64,000 bases of DNA from Malacoraja senta (taxonomy: Eukaryota), in assembly GCA_038087875.1 (NCBI GenBank), contig JAXLNO010000114.1, positions 124,001-188,000 of the forward strand, in the 5' to 3' direction. Below are positions 1 through 11,506 of this stretch, piece by piece (positions within the stretch are counted from its first letter, which is position 1; every line of letters begins with the position of its first letter). Under the pieces are notes generated by a model. That model did not search any database. It was not told the origin of the DNA and was given only the letters and a program-made list of their open reading frames with translations. Both the position numbers and the translations under genes were made by a program.

Positions 1-69
1 CTATGGTTTTGTAAGCGTTCCATTCAAGGCCTCAATAAGTTGCATCGAGTTGTGAATGTAACTAACCCA

Positions 70-262
70 ACATCCCTCCCATTGACTCTATCTACACTTC
101 CCGCTGCCTTGGCAAGGCCACCAGCATAATGAAGGATGAGTCTCACGCCGATCACCCCCTCTTCTCCCATCTCCCCCCAGCCAAGAGATATAGGTGTGAA
201 AACACGAACCTCCAGATTCAGTGAGAGTTCCTTCCAAGCTGTAATCAGGCAACTGAACCATC
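70..262 (+). mobile_element. Rex1/Babar-type LINE 3' RT fragment
   Basis: Translates in pieces to IDSIYTSRCLGKATSIMKD...KTRTSRFS.S..QAVIRQLN, the Rex1 C-terminal pattern also seen in ORF 11784-12281. An inverted copy lies at ~57195-57375. Confidence 0.6.
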
Positions 263-630
263 CTCGTCACCAGTTAGCGATTGGTTCTGTCCACCCAATT
301 GAAGGCCCTCGGACTATCATTAATCACACTTTACTAGAATTAACTTACACTGAATGCTACTCCCATTATCTTGTTCTGTGCCTTGTGGCTGACTAGATTG
401 TAATGCATAAGAAGGCACTGCAGATGCTGGAAAATGGAAGGTAGACAATGGGGTTGGGGCTAAGGTTACTTACCCCCAATTTGAAGCTCCAGCCCTTGTC
501 TCCCCCCCCCCCCACCCCCAACGGGGAACAAGGGCTGAAGAGGGCCAGGCGTGGGGAGGGACATCGGGTCACGGGAACATGCGACGACTTTGTGTCCAGC
601 TGGAGATGGAGCTGGAGATTGGGGGTAAGT

Positions 631-1025
631 AACCCCAGCCCCAACCCCAACCCCAGCCCCAACCCCAGCCCCAGCCCCAACCCCAGCCCCAACCCTAGCC
701 CCAACTCCAGCCCCAGCCCCAACCCGTGCCCCAACCCCAGCCCCAACCCCAGCCCCAGCCCCAACACCAGCCCCAACCCTAGTCCCAAATCCAGCCCCAG
801 CTCCAACCTGTGCCCCAAACTCAGCCCCAACCCCAGCCCCAACCCCAGCCCCAACCCGTGCCCCAACCCCAGCCCCAACCCCAGCCCCAACCCCAGCCCC
901 AACCCGTGCCCCAACCCCAGCCTCAGCCCCAACCCCAGCCACAACCCCAACCCCAACCCCAACCCCTGCCCGAACCCCAACCCCAGCCCCAACCCCAGCC
1001 CCAACCCTAGCCCGAACCCTAGCCC
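631..1025. repeat. Telomere-like hexamer array (AACCCC/AGCCCC with some AACCCT)
   Basis: Directly visible. It produces the PN/PS, GL, GA/GV and PQ low-complexity ORFs. Confidence 0.9.
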
Positions 1026-1251
1026 TCAAGAAAGTTTTAGTCATCTCCATCATGTGACGCTCCCAAACTTGATCATCTCCACCATGTCTAGTCATATCCG
1101 TCACATGAGTATTTTATGCTAATAATGTGTAAAATAATACAACAATGACCATAATTATCAATTATAATTGATCAATTGCCAATATGCCTCTGCCTATTCA
1201 TCTGAAGTTAATATTGTTTTAGAGAACGTTGGTGAAAAGTTATGTGAAGGT

Positions 1252-1376
1252 CTGAAGGGTTTGGGCCCGAAACATTGCCTATTTCCTTCGCTCCATAGAT
1301 GCTACCGCACCCGCTGAGTTTCTCGAGCATTTTTGTCTACCTTCAATCTTCCAGCATCTGCAGTTCCTTCTTGAAC
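1252..1376 (+). mobile_element. Short Penelope pLTR-derived element with a degenerate hammerhead motif
   Basis: ctgaagggtttgggcccgaaac...ccagcatctgcagttccttct, flanked by the 10-bp direct repeat atgtgaaggt (1242-1251, 1377-1386). Absent from the paralogous site at ~51985. Confidence 0.75.
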
Positions 1377-2427
1377 ATGTGAAGGTTACCATTCTTGCTG
1401 AAAATCACCACATTTTTCGGCATTAAACTGTTACGAAGGTTTAAAATTAATGCGTTATTAATGAATGAAAAATTATTTTTTGGTGGTTTATTTGAGGAAG
1501 ATACTCTATAATTTGAAAGACTGCAACAAAAATTTGATATTATATTCTTCAATCAGTTATATTTTGCAGTGTTGTTCATCATAAAAATGCGACGGATATG
1601 ACTGAATGCAATGGGCAACCTGGAAAAAGAAGAGGAAAAAAAGAATTAAATTCTCTAAAAGATTGCGCCAAACATATTTTTCCCATAGTAGAGATGTTCA
1701 TCTATGTGAAACAACATTCAAAGTTGCAAAAATTTAAGTTTTATAATAGGGTTTCCAGAAACATCAAAGTAGACACTTACTGAAGAATCACCCTGCCATT
1801 ACTGCACAGGCAGGTCGGAGTGATCTTACGCAGATTAAAAGAACAAATTTTCCAGGTGTTATTTCCAGTTTACATCGTGGAAACAGGCCCTTCTACCCAA
1901 CTAGCCCACACTGGCCAACATGTCCCAGCTGCACTAGTCCCAGAGTCACGGAAACAGGCCCTTCTGCCCAACTTGCCCACACCGGCCAACATGTCCCAGC
2001 TTCACTAGTCCTACCTGCCCGTGTTTGGCCCATTTCCCTCCAAACCTGTCGTATCCATCGACCTGTCTAACTGTTTCTTAAACTTTGGGATAGTCCCAGC
2101 CTCATCTACCTCCTCTGGAAGCTTGTTCCATACACCCACCACCTACTGTGTGAAAAAGTTACCCCTCAGATTCCTATTCAATCTTTTCCCCAAAAGACAG
2201 ATTGGTTTAGAGAGATTATGGTCAACCCGTGGACTGATGGGACTAGCTTAGATGGGGCATTTTGGTTAGGTTGGGCCGAAGGGCCTGTTTTCTTGCTCTG
2301 TTGCTAAGATGACCATTAACTTCCACTTGCCCCAGAATGTCAGCTCAGATTGCTGCCAGCTATTCCAAACCTGTGGTTTTCTCAATTAGAAATTGCTCTG
2401 CAACCTGCAATTAATGTTTTTTTTCAG

Positions 2428-5400
2428 GTGGGAAATTAACTCAAGTGTGCAAGGTCTTCAAAAGACTTTGGCCAGGCACCTCATCAAAGAAAGATGGTCA
2501 GAACACAGGAACAATGACGGGAAAGCAAAGTGGGATTGAGAACAAAACGTCAATGGAATGTGAAACCGCTGAAGAGGAAAGGGAACAATGTCAGTCCAGA
2601 GGGAGAGGAATAGGAGACGTGGTTCACGGCCCTGGAACTGACCCAAGTGGCAAAATCCATCATGACCGAGATCCATCAAACAAGGAATCAACGAGTCTCA
2701 TCCAAGGAGCAGGTGAGTGAAATGGGAGGGGAGTGGATGCTGCAGAATGGTGAAGACTGTAGGGACAGGGAAGAGAAAAAAACAAAGGGGTTAGAGTGAG
2801 GATAAACATGAGAGAGGAATAGTGGCAGAGGAGTGTTATACTGACTAGGTTCGTGACCAATAGTATTCTGCAAGGATCAGTTCTGGAACCTACAATTTCT
2901 AATCATGTCCATGATTTGGACAAAAACGTAGGTGGTCGAAGGGGCTGTCCCACTGCGGCGACCTCATTGGCGAGTTTAGAAGAGTTTGAAAAAGTGTCAT
3001 GTTGAAGACCTCCTTCGACTATGTCGAACTCCTTCGACTATGTTGAAGACTAGCTACGACTAGCTTCGGAAAAATTGGACATCTTATCGTCTTTGGGTGA
3101 AGGGAATATTGGTAGCAAAGTTTATTGAAATTTAGCCAGTTGATGATGTAGGGAGCGTTATATTGTCTTGTTTCATAGCAGTTGGTGCTCTGGGATGACG
3201 GGAGATTTGATGGTGTGATTTTGTGAATCTCCTTGTAAATTGCAATCAGTCTTAGCCTGATTCTGCGGAGCTCTAGGGTATCCCATCCGGGAGAAGTCAG
3301 CATATTATTCTGAAGAAGGGTTTCGGCCCAAAACGTTGCCTATTTCCTTCGCTCATAGATGCTGCCTCACCCGGTGAGTTTCTCCAGCATTTTTGTCTAC
3401 CAGCATATTATTCATGCTTGATTTGCCCTTGTAGTCATGACATACGAAGCGGGCGCTCGGCGTTGTACTTTCTCCAGGATGATCTTGTTGTTGTTGTTGA
3501 AAGGATGTTGTTGAAAGGTTGCTGTTGTAGTGGGAGCCAAGGGGACTGATTCAGATAGTGTTTAGTTTCTCCCTTTGTATACACAGATCTAACGCCTACA
3601 TTCTCTGAGCTCCTGACACAGTGGAACGACTACCAATTGTTCCAACTGACAAATTTCTATTGGGAGAGACTGAAACAGGTGATTGAGGAAAAGGTTGAAC
3701 ATCTCGGCTTCATGATGAGACGGGAGGGATGTTTCAATGAACAAGAACACGGGGTAAGTGGAAGGATGACGGTGACTTCTGTTTCCTGTCACAGAACTGA
3801 CGGCATTGGGAGGAAGAGTCACCAATACAGTCCCACTCACCTTGCACTGAATAGTGCAATGGAGGCACTGATCTCTGATCAGTTTGTGTCCTGTAGATCT
3901 GGTATCAGGAATAAAACCTGTGACTTGGGGATTTCTGAGAATTGTCTATTCTGATCCAACTGTTCTTCCTACACATGCATCTTAGCACAACGGTCAGGGA
4001 GCAGTAAACTTGTAAACCAGAATCAAAAACGATAATACTTCTCAAGTGTCATCAGTTTCATTGGTCACATTTAGCTCAGTTCATGAAACCACAGAGGGCA
4101 TTAGGCATAAGCACAAGGAAATTCAGATCCTGGTTTACAAAAAAACACACAATGTGCTGCACAAAATAACTTAGTATTTAGAGAGGGTAGACAAAAGTGC
4201 TGGAGAAACTCAGCAGGTGCGGCAGTATCTATGGAGCGAATAAATAATATTAAAGCCCCTGTCCCACTGTACGAGGTAATTCAAGAGTTCTCCCGCGTTT
4301 AAAAAAAAATCGGACTCGTGGTAAGTACGCAGAATGTACTTACGGGGAACGTTGGATCTTGGGACGACTCTTAGCGGCTCATAACGCTAGCGGCAGGTAC
4401 CCGGGAAATGCGGTAAACTCGTGAAGATTTTTCAACATTGTGAAAAATTTCCACGAGAGCCCCGAGTACCCACAAGCGGCCATTACCATAATTCTACATG
4501 TTGGAATCAGGGGAAACTCGGGAGAACTCTTGAATTACCTCGTACAGTGGGACAGGGGCTTTAGAGATGCTGCCTGACCTGCTGAATTATAAGACATTGA
4601 ACTCTTCGTTGATAATTGAATTGACAAATAAAATAAACAAAAGTACATTTGCTAAAATCTACAACATAAACAAAATATTCAGCAGGTCGGTTATTTACGC
4701 ATCTGTGGGAAGATTCAAGATACAAGAGAGTTTATTGTCATGTGTCCCAGATAGGACAATGAAATTCTTGCTTTGCTTCAGCACAACAGAATATAAAAGG
4801 CATGAATAAATACAGAACAGATCAGCGTGTCCATATACAATTATATAAATATATACACACATCAATAAATAAAACAGATAAAGTGCAAATAAACAGATAA
4901 TGGGCTATTAATGTTCAGAGTTTTGTTTGAGTTGAGTTCAATAGCCTGATGGCTGTGGGGAAGTAGCTGTTTCTGAACCTGGACGTTGCAGTCTTCAAGC
5001 TCCTGTACATTCTACCTGAAGGCAGCGGGGAGATGAGTGTGTGGCCAGGATGGTGTGGGTCCTTGATGATACTGCCAGTCTTTTTGAGGCAGCGACTGCG
5101 ATAGATCCCCTCGATGGAAGGGGAGGTCAGAGCAGATGATGGACTGGGCAGAGTTTACTACTTTTTGTAGTCTTTCTCGCTCCTGGGCAGGAGAAGCCGA
5201 GTAAGGCCCTGTCCCACTTTCCCGAGTTACTCACGAATTCTCCCGAGTTTTCCCCTTGATTCAAACTCGGGGAATGTCCGTAGCGAGTCCGTAGGAGGCC
5301 ATAGGAGTCCGAAGATATTTCGTAGCGGCTCGTAATGCCAGCTGTAGGTACTCGGGGCATCAGGTAAGTCGGGACGTTTTTTTCAGCATGTTGAAAAATG

Positions 5401-8400
5401 TCCACGAGTAAAATAAATAGCCCCGAGTACCTACGGCTGGCATCTCCGAGTTTGAATCAAGGGGAAAACTCGGGAGAATTCATGAGTAACTCAGGAAAAT
5501 GGGACAGGGGCTTGAATGTGCAGTTAAAGGAGGGGATGAGTTGCAGGAATTGTACAAGAGAGGAATGTCTTTGATCGGATAAAACTGGGGTAGGTATAGA
5601 AATAAAAAAGTTATCTGGTCAATGAGTGAATGCCGGCTCACAGAGGGTAAGAATGTGGATGAAAGAACATAATGGCTTCAAAATGCAGAGCAGGAAGAAA
5701 TGCAGGTTGGACTGGACGCGTCCATTCCTAGTGGGATGCAGTCCATGTGAAGCCAAAAGGAATTGGATTAATTTCACATCAATGTCAACATAGCCACCAT
5801 TGGCCTGAATGGCCTGTTCCTGTGCTGTACTCTGCTGTGTTCTTGGACACGGCCAGGTGTGAAGCGAGTTTCATACTGTCAGGACTCTGGGAGTACACAG
5901 TTTGTCAGCACCTTCCAGCAAACCAGGTCCCCTAATTTGAGGAAGGACATTCTTGCTATTGAGGGAGTGCAGCGTAGGTTTACAAGGTTAATTCCCGGGA
6001 TGGCAGGACTGTCATTTGCTGAGAGAATGGAGCAGCTGGGCCTGTACACTCTGGAGTTTAGAAGGATGAGAGGGGATCTTATTGAAACATCTAAGATTAT
6101 TAAGGGCTTGGACACGCTAGAGGCAGGAAACACGTTCCCGATGTTGGGGGAGTCCAGAATCAGGGGCCACAGTTTAAGAATAAGGAGTAAGCCATTTAGA
6201 ACGGAGATGAGGAAACATTTTTTCTCACAGAGAGTGGTGAGTCTGTGGAATTCTCTGCCTGAGAGAGGGCGGTGGAGGCATGTTCTCTGGATGCTTTCAA
6301 TAGAGAGCTAGATAGGGCTCTTAAAAATAGCAGAGTCAGGGGAAATGGGTACAAGGCAGGAACGGGGTACTGATTGGGGATGATCAGCCATGATCACATT
6401 GAATGGCGGTGCTGGCTCGAAGGGCCGAATGGCCTCCTCCTGCACCTGTTGTCTATTGTCTATTGTCACAGTGTCATGGGGGTATGAAGAGGAAATCCAA
6501 TGCCTGCCACTGTGCTCAAAACTACCAGAATATCCCATCTCTGAACAGCTAATTCCCTCCCCATTAGCATTGTCTCAGACACTTCTCAATATATTCATTG
6601 TTGATCTTCACAGAGTGTCGCTGAGCTCGCGGTAAAAGGAAACCGGAGAGACAGTTCCACACTCTTCCTCAGTCTGGTGATGAGGAATGGTAACCGTGCC
6701 CGGCGGGTGATGTGGGAATCCTTTGTGAAAATGCAGAATGAATTACCAAAGCTGGACAAAATACTGAAAGAAATCCAGGAGCTCGGTACGGTAAATCAAC
6801 ACACTGAACTGAATATCACATTGAAACACTGGAGTTAACAATGTTATTCAAGTCTGGTTTAATGAATACTTGTTGATTTGAACAGGTCCTGATCCACAAG
6901 AATACACGAACATCACCAGAGGTTTATCTGAATTACCCTCTCATATGAAAGGTGAGTGTTGAAATGTACAGTTCACACCAATGACTTGTTAGAATTGATG
7001 TAATACTGAAACTGTTCAGAGCTTTGCAGAATCGGAAATCAGAAGATCAAAGGCTAAGCAATTGTTAGACTGACATGGGGATTCACTATGGATTGTGTCT
7101 TTCTCTGTAGATTCAGGTTTAGGTTAGTTTAGTGTATTGTCATATGTATTTAGGTACGGTGAAAAGCTTTTGTTGCATGTTATCCAGTCAGCAGAAAGAC
7201 AACACGTGATTATAATCGAGCCATTTACAGTATAGATAAACTATGAGGGAATAACATTTAGTGCAAGGTAAAACGAGGAAAGTCCGATCTAGGATAGTCC
7301 GAGTGTAATCAAAGAGGTAGATAACCAAAGAGTCAGTGAATTGATTTAATTGAAGGGTATTGAACTCATTCTTGTAGTTTTTAATGTTGAGTTTTGAGTT
7401 GAGCCACCTAACATTGTGTCCATTATTTGCCTGTTACCGTGCAAGATGTTCAACAGAAACACAAGGAGACTCTGCGAGCACAGACTGAAACACTGAGCGT
7501 GAACACCATCCTGATGAAGGAGAAGGTTAAGGATTTCCAGCTGCTTGATCGATACGCTGAGCTCACAATCATCTCCACTGTTCGAGATCGGACAAAGGTG
7601 GAACATGAGCTGCTGGCGAGAGGCCAGGACCATGAAGTGTGGAGAGAGGAATGTCTCCGGGGAAAACTGGAAAAAATCAGGACTGATCAATTGTTCCACA
7701 GCTGCTTTTCCTGGTGTAAATCCCGATCCGGGAGTTCAGCATCAGTGGCCGGAGTCCCGGGGATCGGAAAAACAACAATGGTGCAAAAGATTGTTCATGA
7801 CTGGGCCTCAGGGAAAATATACCAACACTTCCAGTTTGTCTTCAGTTTCAAATTCCGGGATTTGAACACTATTAACTGCAGATTAACCCTGAGGGAACTG
7901 ATTCTGGATCAGTATCCTTACTTTGGTAATATGCTAGGAAAGGTCTGGAAGAACCCAGATAGATTGCTGTTTATATTCGACGGTCTGGATGAATTCAAGG
8001 GTAGAATCGATTTACCCATCACACAACTATATTGCTACTTTATTTACAACATACTGAAAAACCATGGCCGTGAGATTGAGAGCCCCCGTGAGGTGTTACT
8101 GAAGCTTGGTCAGATGGCCTTCACTGGAGTGGCTGAGAAGAACATTGTGTTCACAGATGGAGATTTGATCAAATACAATCTGCAGCCTTCCCAGTTCCTG
8201 TCCGGGTTCCTGATGGAATTTTTGGAGAGAGAGGATTCAGCCCGGAGCGTGGTGTACACCTTCCCGCACCTCACCATCCAAGAGTTTGTAGCCGCACTCG
8301 CACAATTCATCACTCCAGATCGCGGGGATATCAAGACACTCCTCATTGAAGCCCATGGCATGACAGACGGGCGATTTGAAGTATTTCTCCGTTTTGTCGC

Positions 8401-10123
8401 TGGTCTCTCCTCCCCACGGTCAGCTTGGATCCTGGAGGAGTTTCTGGGTCAATTCCCTCATCAAACAATCTGCCGAGTGATTGACTGGGTGAAGGAGGAG
8501 GTTAAACGCCGGGCTGGAAACACAGGGAGTAAAGCTGGTAAACGGAGCCTCCTGAACACGCTGCACTACCTGTTTGAGTCTCAGAATCCTGTACTGGCTC
8601 AGCAGACACTGGGATCTGTGGAAATACTTTCATTCTGTGGACTGGGATTGACCCCTATTGATTGTGCGGTCCTGTCTCATGCCATCATGCTCTGTGATAC
8701 AATCAAACACCTCGATCTGTGGAGCTGTCACATTCAGTGTGAAGGTCTCCAGCGGCTGGGACCAGCTCTGCACAAGTGTCAGGATTTGAGGTAACTGTCC
8801 GTTTGTCGCTAACACTGAACTGTAAAATTGTTTCACTATTTTGTTCTTCCGTCCAGCACCCCTTCTATGGGGCCGAGCGGCCCTCACTGTGCACGGGGGG
8901 CACCCCTCCTATTTTACCCCCCCCGGGCCAGGCATGTTGCCATCGTTCTCTCCACGGGGAATATTTCCTGGTCGTCGGGGAATGAGAATAAATGGTGAAA
9001 GTCACTAAACACCACAACCACAGAGATTTATTCAATCATTCGCTGAGATGTTTCCATAAATATCTGTTTGGGCGAAGTTATCTCAGCCCCGGGGTTTGTA
9101 TCCGTTTGTTTCTTACTCTGTCTGTTTGTGTTTAGACTGGGATACAACCACCTGGGAGATTCCGGAGTGAAATTGGTGTCTACGGCTCTGAGGAACCCAG
9201 ACTGTAAAATACAGAGACTGCGGTAAGTCCCAGACTGTGAGAGATTGTGTTTACACTCACTGGGTGTCTGACACTGAACATTAATATGATCAGTAATTGT
9301 GTCACTGATAAACACTGGGGATTTGCACCATCTCCTGTCTCTCTGTGTCCCTCACCCTCACTCTCTCTCATCTCCAGGCTGGACAAAGTCGGACTCACAG
9401 ATTCTGGAGCCGAGGATCTCGTCTCCGCTCTCAGTACAAACACCTCACTGACGGAGCTGAACCTGAGTAGGAATAAACTGGGAGATTCCGGAGAGAAACT
9501 GGTGTCTGCGGCTCTGAGGAACCCGGACTGTAAAATACAGACACTAATGTAAGTCCCAGACTGTGAGAGATTGTGTTTACACTCACTAGGTGTCTGACAC
9601 TAAACATTAATTTGATCAGTAATTGTGTCACTAATAAACATTGGGGATTTGCACCGTCTCCTGTCTCTCTGTGTCCCTCACCCTCACTCTCGCTCATCTC
9701 CAGGCTGAACAGTGTCGGTCTCACAGATTCTGGAGCCGAGGATCTCGTCTCCGCTCTCAGTACAAACCCCTCACTGACGGTGCTGAACCTGGAACTCAAC
9801 TCCCTCACAGACCGATCTGTCCCCGCTCTCCGCCGCCTCATACTGACCCTCCCGAGACTGGAGTGGATCGAGTGAGTGTTTGTGTTAATGTTTAATGTGA
9901 TAAAATATCAGGGGATCCGCGGGCTTCTCCTGTGATTTTGTTCTGTAAGTGTTGTTGAAATATTAAACCCAGTCCCAGTTATTGACACTGTTGTTTCATC
10001 TGTTTATTTCCTCTTTATTCCTCGACTTGTTTCAGGCTGGGGGAGAATAAGTTCAGTGAAGATGGACGGAACCAGCTGCAGAGTCTGGGGGGAACCAGAC
10101 CCGGACTGAGAGTGGACGTGTGA
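2428..10123 (+). CDS. NLR-1: multi-exon death-fold-NACHT-LRR protein (NLRP/NLRC3-like)
   Basis: Phase-compatible GT-AG exons: 2428-2712, 3587-3753 (ELLTQWNDYQLFQLTNFYWERL), 6614-6785, 6886-6951, 7446-8790 (Walker [10 protein letters not shown], Walker [15 protein letters not shown] motif [12 protein letters not shown]), LRR exons 9136-9222, 9378-9548, 9704-9871, and last exon 10036-10123 ending TGA. No in-frame stop was found. The start codon or first exon is not located. Confidence 0.85.
3020..3480 (-). mobile_element. Divergent CR1/L2-type RT C-terminal fragment interrupted by a pLTR element
   Basis: The minus strand gives LEKVQRRA...SSMNNML|TSPGWDTLELRRIRLRLIAIYK. Confidence 0.6.
3310..3400 (+). 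mobile_element. Short Penelope pLTR-derived element
   Basis: ctgaagaagggtttcggcccaaaacgttg..., flanked by the 13-bp direct repeat cagcatattattc (3298-3310, 3401-3413). Confidence 0.75.
4254..4560. mobile_element. MITE, probably PIF/Harbinger-like
   Basis: Perfect 42-bp TIRs agcccctgtcccactgtacgaggtaattcaagagttctcccg (4254-4295 / 4519-4560) with taa/tta flanks. Confidence 0.85.
4712..5190 (-). mobile_element. Rex1-type LINE 3' end
   Basis: Closely similar to 11507-11960 (attcaag...gagagtttattgtcatgtgtccc). Confidence 0.75.
5204..5512. mobile_element. MITE of the same family as 4254-4560
   Basis: Imperfect TIRs of about 65 bp: ggccctgtcccactttcccgagttactc...gagtaactcaggaaaatgggacaggggc. Confidence 0.8.
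5925..6464 (+). mobile_element. CR1 LINE 3' fragment
   Basis: [25 protein letters not shown]...[14 protein letters not shown], followed by a 3' UTR ending in a (ctattgt)n tail. Confidence 0.9.
7446..8790 (+). CDS. NACHT exon of NLR-1 (internally deleted)
   Basis: ORF 7427-8794. Acceptor gcaag|at, donor ag|gtaact, 1345 nt. Confidence 0.9.
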
Positions 10124-10189
10124 ACATCTCCGATGTAAACGTCACCGCCCTGGGGACTGGAATATTGTTGGCCGATTCCCCGCCCTCCC

Positions 10190-10790
10190 CTTTAAACGGC
10201 CGCCCTCCCCTTTAAGCGACCGCGATACGGGTTTAAATTCCAACGGTTCCCGGACCGGGCGGGCTGTGACATCAGAGGCGACCCTGCCTGCTGTCACGTG
10301 ACCCGTATACGCGGCGGTGCTGCTGATGCCGGATATCCGGTGCTGCCCCCCCAGTGGGGATCAGGGGAATAAGCAAGTTCAGTATTCCGACTGCGCATGC
10401 ACAGGTCATGGGTCGCTCGGGATAAACACTCTCGGCGGCCGTGCCGCTGTATGGGTGCAGAGCTGCGTCTCGTCCCTAACCAGCTGCCGCTGGGCCGTCC
10501 TCGACTCGTCCCCGTCCCCTCCCGAGTGGTCCATCCGGGAGCCGGACGGGCTGCGGCGGAGGGGGGAGGGGGCGCTGGCTCCAGTTCGGCTCTGCTTGTT
10601 CCGCCGGCCCGTCGCAGCGACAGCCCAGGCCCGCAGGCGGCGCGGAAAAGCACCAACTACAGCTCAACTCTGCCCGTCCCTCCGGCGGGACAGGCAGTCG
10701 AGCTGGGGCCGGCGCCTCCTCTCCACTCTGGCTGCGAGCCTGGACCGTCTGTGGTCCTCCGTGCGCGAACCTCTGGATAGAAGACCCTCC
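10190..10790. promoter_or_regulatory. CpG-rich island 3' of NLR-1
   Basis: High GC and CpG density, with tcacgtga (~10294) and tgcgcatgc (~10393) motifs. Confidence 0.4.
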
Positions 10791-10952
10791 TTCAGACTTC
10801 CTACACATTAGACTTTTGCGCCGTGGTTGGGATGGATGGGAGCGGTTGGGATGGATGGTTGGGATGGATTGTGACAACAGCAGCATTGTTCAAATTCTTC
10901 ATTCACAGAACAATGTCTGTTACTGGTTTATCATCTGTAAATGATACGTAAA

Positions 10953-11250
10953 TCTCTATATTTATAAAAGTTTCATCTTGTATTTGTGGATTTTTAAAAT
11001 ATTTTCGCCAAAACGCAAAGCTGTGATGCTTACATTTTTACATATTCTGACTCAGATTTATCCCCTCTACGAAGTGATCAGGTTCACTTAAAATTTGATG
11101 CTCTATTTCACAACTTAATGGTGATTAAAGTTTTAGAGAAAGACAAAACTACCTTTTAAACTGACTTTCACACACAGATTCTTCAACCAGCTTAGATTGA
11201 TGACGTCACAATGAGGTGGGCGGGCACCATGGCTCGGATCGGCTCCCGTT
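10953..11250 (+). mobile_element. Possible Helitron 5' end
   Basis: a|tctctatatttataaaagtttcatcttg resembles the 5' termini at 47279 and 47928. No 3' end was found. Confidence 0.35.
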
Positions 11251-11506
11251 TCACACCCGCCCGCCCGTGGCCTCGCTCGGGTTCTCGGGGGGAGGGAGTG
11301 AGTGAAGGTGTGGGGAAGGGAGGTAGGATGCGAGTGAGGGGAGGGGGGAATGGGAGGGATGAAGAGGAGGGAGGGAGTGGGAGGGAATGGGGGAGTGAGT
11401 GTGCTGGATAGTGTTAGTGGGTGGAGATCGCTGGTCGGCGCGGACTCGGTGTGCCGAAGGGCCTGTTTCCATGCTGCATCTCTGACCTAAGAGAGGGGAG
11501 AGAGAG

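Noticed and set aside
631..1025. True telomere or chromosome-fusion site
   Set aside because: The units are mostly non-canonical, lie inside a TIR element and have a paralog. There is no head-to-head TTAGGG/CCCTAA junction.
393..1122. Long PN/PS, GL, GA/GV and PQ ORFs
   Set aside because: They are artefacts of a stop-free hexamer array open in several frames on both strands.
10294..10886. Overlapping GC-rich ORFs
   Set aside because: They contain no recognisable domain and are expected in high-GC DNA.
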